Below, piece after piece: positions 63,086-64,000 of a stretch of DNA of 64,000 nucleotides (position 1 is the stretch's first letter; every line of letters begins with the position of its first letter). The DNA lies in assembly GCA_002269645.1 (NCBI GenBank), contig NIVC01003385.1:1-64000 (forward strand), given 5' to 3'. Origin of the DNA: Macrostomum lignano. Lineage: Eukaryota. A program made the translations under genes and the position numbers. The notes beneath the pieces are model-generated. The model was not told where the DNA came from. It saw nothing but the letters and a program-made list of their open reading frames with translations, and searched no databases.

Positions 63086-64000
63086 TCCTGCCAAAATTAG
63101 ATATGGCTTGTCAATGTATGGCTTTTGTGTTATGGCTATTGGTGACTTGTGAAACCTCACTAACGGTGATCGGAAGTACTAATGCGTGTATATGTGCATG
63201 CATAGAGTACATGAGCAAGAAACTAACAAGTTATGGATAAAAGTAGAGCAAGGGTAAAAGGTACAGATAAACAAAGTTAAAAAAATTGACTGTAAATAAA
63301 GCTAACATGAACTGTCAATGATACGAATTTCCATTTGCTGACAGCTCAAGACAAAATGCTTTCAACGACCGTTCCATTCTGAGCTAACTTTGATACGATC
63401 ACCGCATTGCTGAAGATTTTGGTACGCTTTGCACCGACTGTAGCGTTCGAGGCGGCTGTTCGAGCAGAACCAGTGGCAGTCCCGGCCGCAGCAGCGTTGT
63501 TCGAGACGGTGACCAAAGCAAAGGTGCCAATGGTACAGCAGCTGGGCTTCACCGGTAGCTTTTTCTGAAGGAAGAATATGCTTTCAATAAGCTGTGCTGC
63601 TTGGTACTAATACGAGACTACTTTAGCAGAGGCGGAGAAGCAGGGTAGAGCAGATAGCAGGGAGGGCAGAGCAGGAAGCAAAGCCGTGCGGACAGAGCAG
63701 AGGGCAGAAAACCAGGAGGCAGACCAGGGGGGAAAGAGCAAGGAGGCAGAGCCACTGGTCAGGAGTGAGGGAAGCCAGGGTCAGGGAGAGAGAAGCCAGG
63801 GGTCAGTAAGGAGAAAAGCCAGGCCAGGCGGAGAGAAGCCAGGGTCAGGGGGAGAGAAGCTAGGGTCAAGAGAGGGAAGCCAGGGTCAGGGGAGAGAAGC
63901 CAGGGTCAAGGGAGGAAAGCTAGAGTCAAGGGAGGGAAGCCAGGGTCAGGGGAAGAGAAGCCAGGGTCAGGGGAGGAGAGAAGCCAGGGTCAAGGAGGGA

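Larger units (their letters stand above)
55380..64000. repeat. Large inverted duplication: 55380-57820 versus 63440-64000 (continues beyond window)
   Basis: 57490-57605 is the near-exact reverse complement of 63515-63630; weaker match to 57820/63440; same satellite on opposite strands. Confidence 0.85.

Noticed and set aside
62254-63240. ELRAGRW / PPSRSQL repeat ORFs
   Set aside because: 24-bp minisatellite open on both strands; no independent coding evidence.

Overview
Repeat-rich metazoan genomic DNA; the style fits an invertebrate such as the flatworm Macrostomum (inference only). Host genes, with exons assembled by hand from GT/AG sites: a two-exon ChaC gamma-glutamylcyclotransferase (-), a five-exon Nck/Dock-type SH3-SH3-SH3-SH2 adaptor (+), a tetraspanin with an unusually long EC2 loop (-, 5' exons not found), two paralogous secreted C-type lectin + PAN/apple genes (second has a nonsense codon) and a fibrinogen-related protein (-). 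Most long introns are filled by their own tandem repeat, which explains most long low-complexity ORFs in the track. Mobile DNA: tRNA-derived SINE, hAT-type MITE, foldback element, solo LTR with 4-bp TSD, decayed DIRS/Ngaro retrotransposon, LINE, Merlin, Helentron-like and possible Crypton remnants, and a large inverted duplication at the right edge. The standout is a precisely delimited 9.9-kb Polinton/Maverick (adintovirus-like) endogenous element at 43454-53362 with 53-bp TIRs and a perfect 6-bp TSD (CTCATC). It keeps open major/minor capsid and core-protein ORFs, a putative SSB and a lesioned integrase, but shows no pPolB or packaging ATPase and only an N-terminal stub of a probable protease running into the right TIR.
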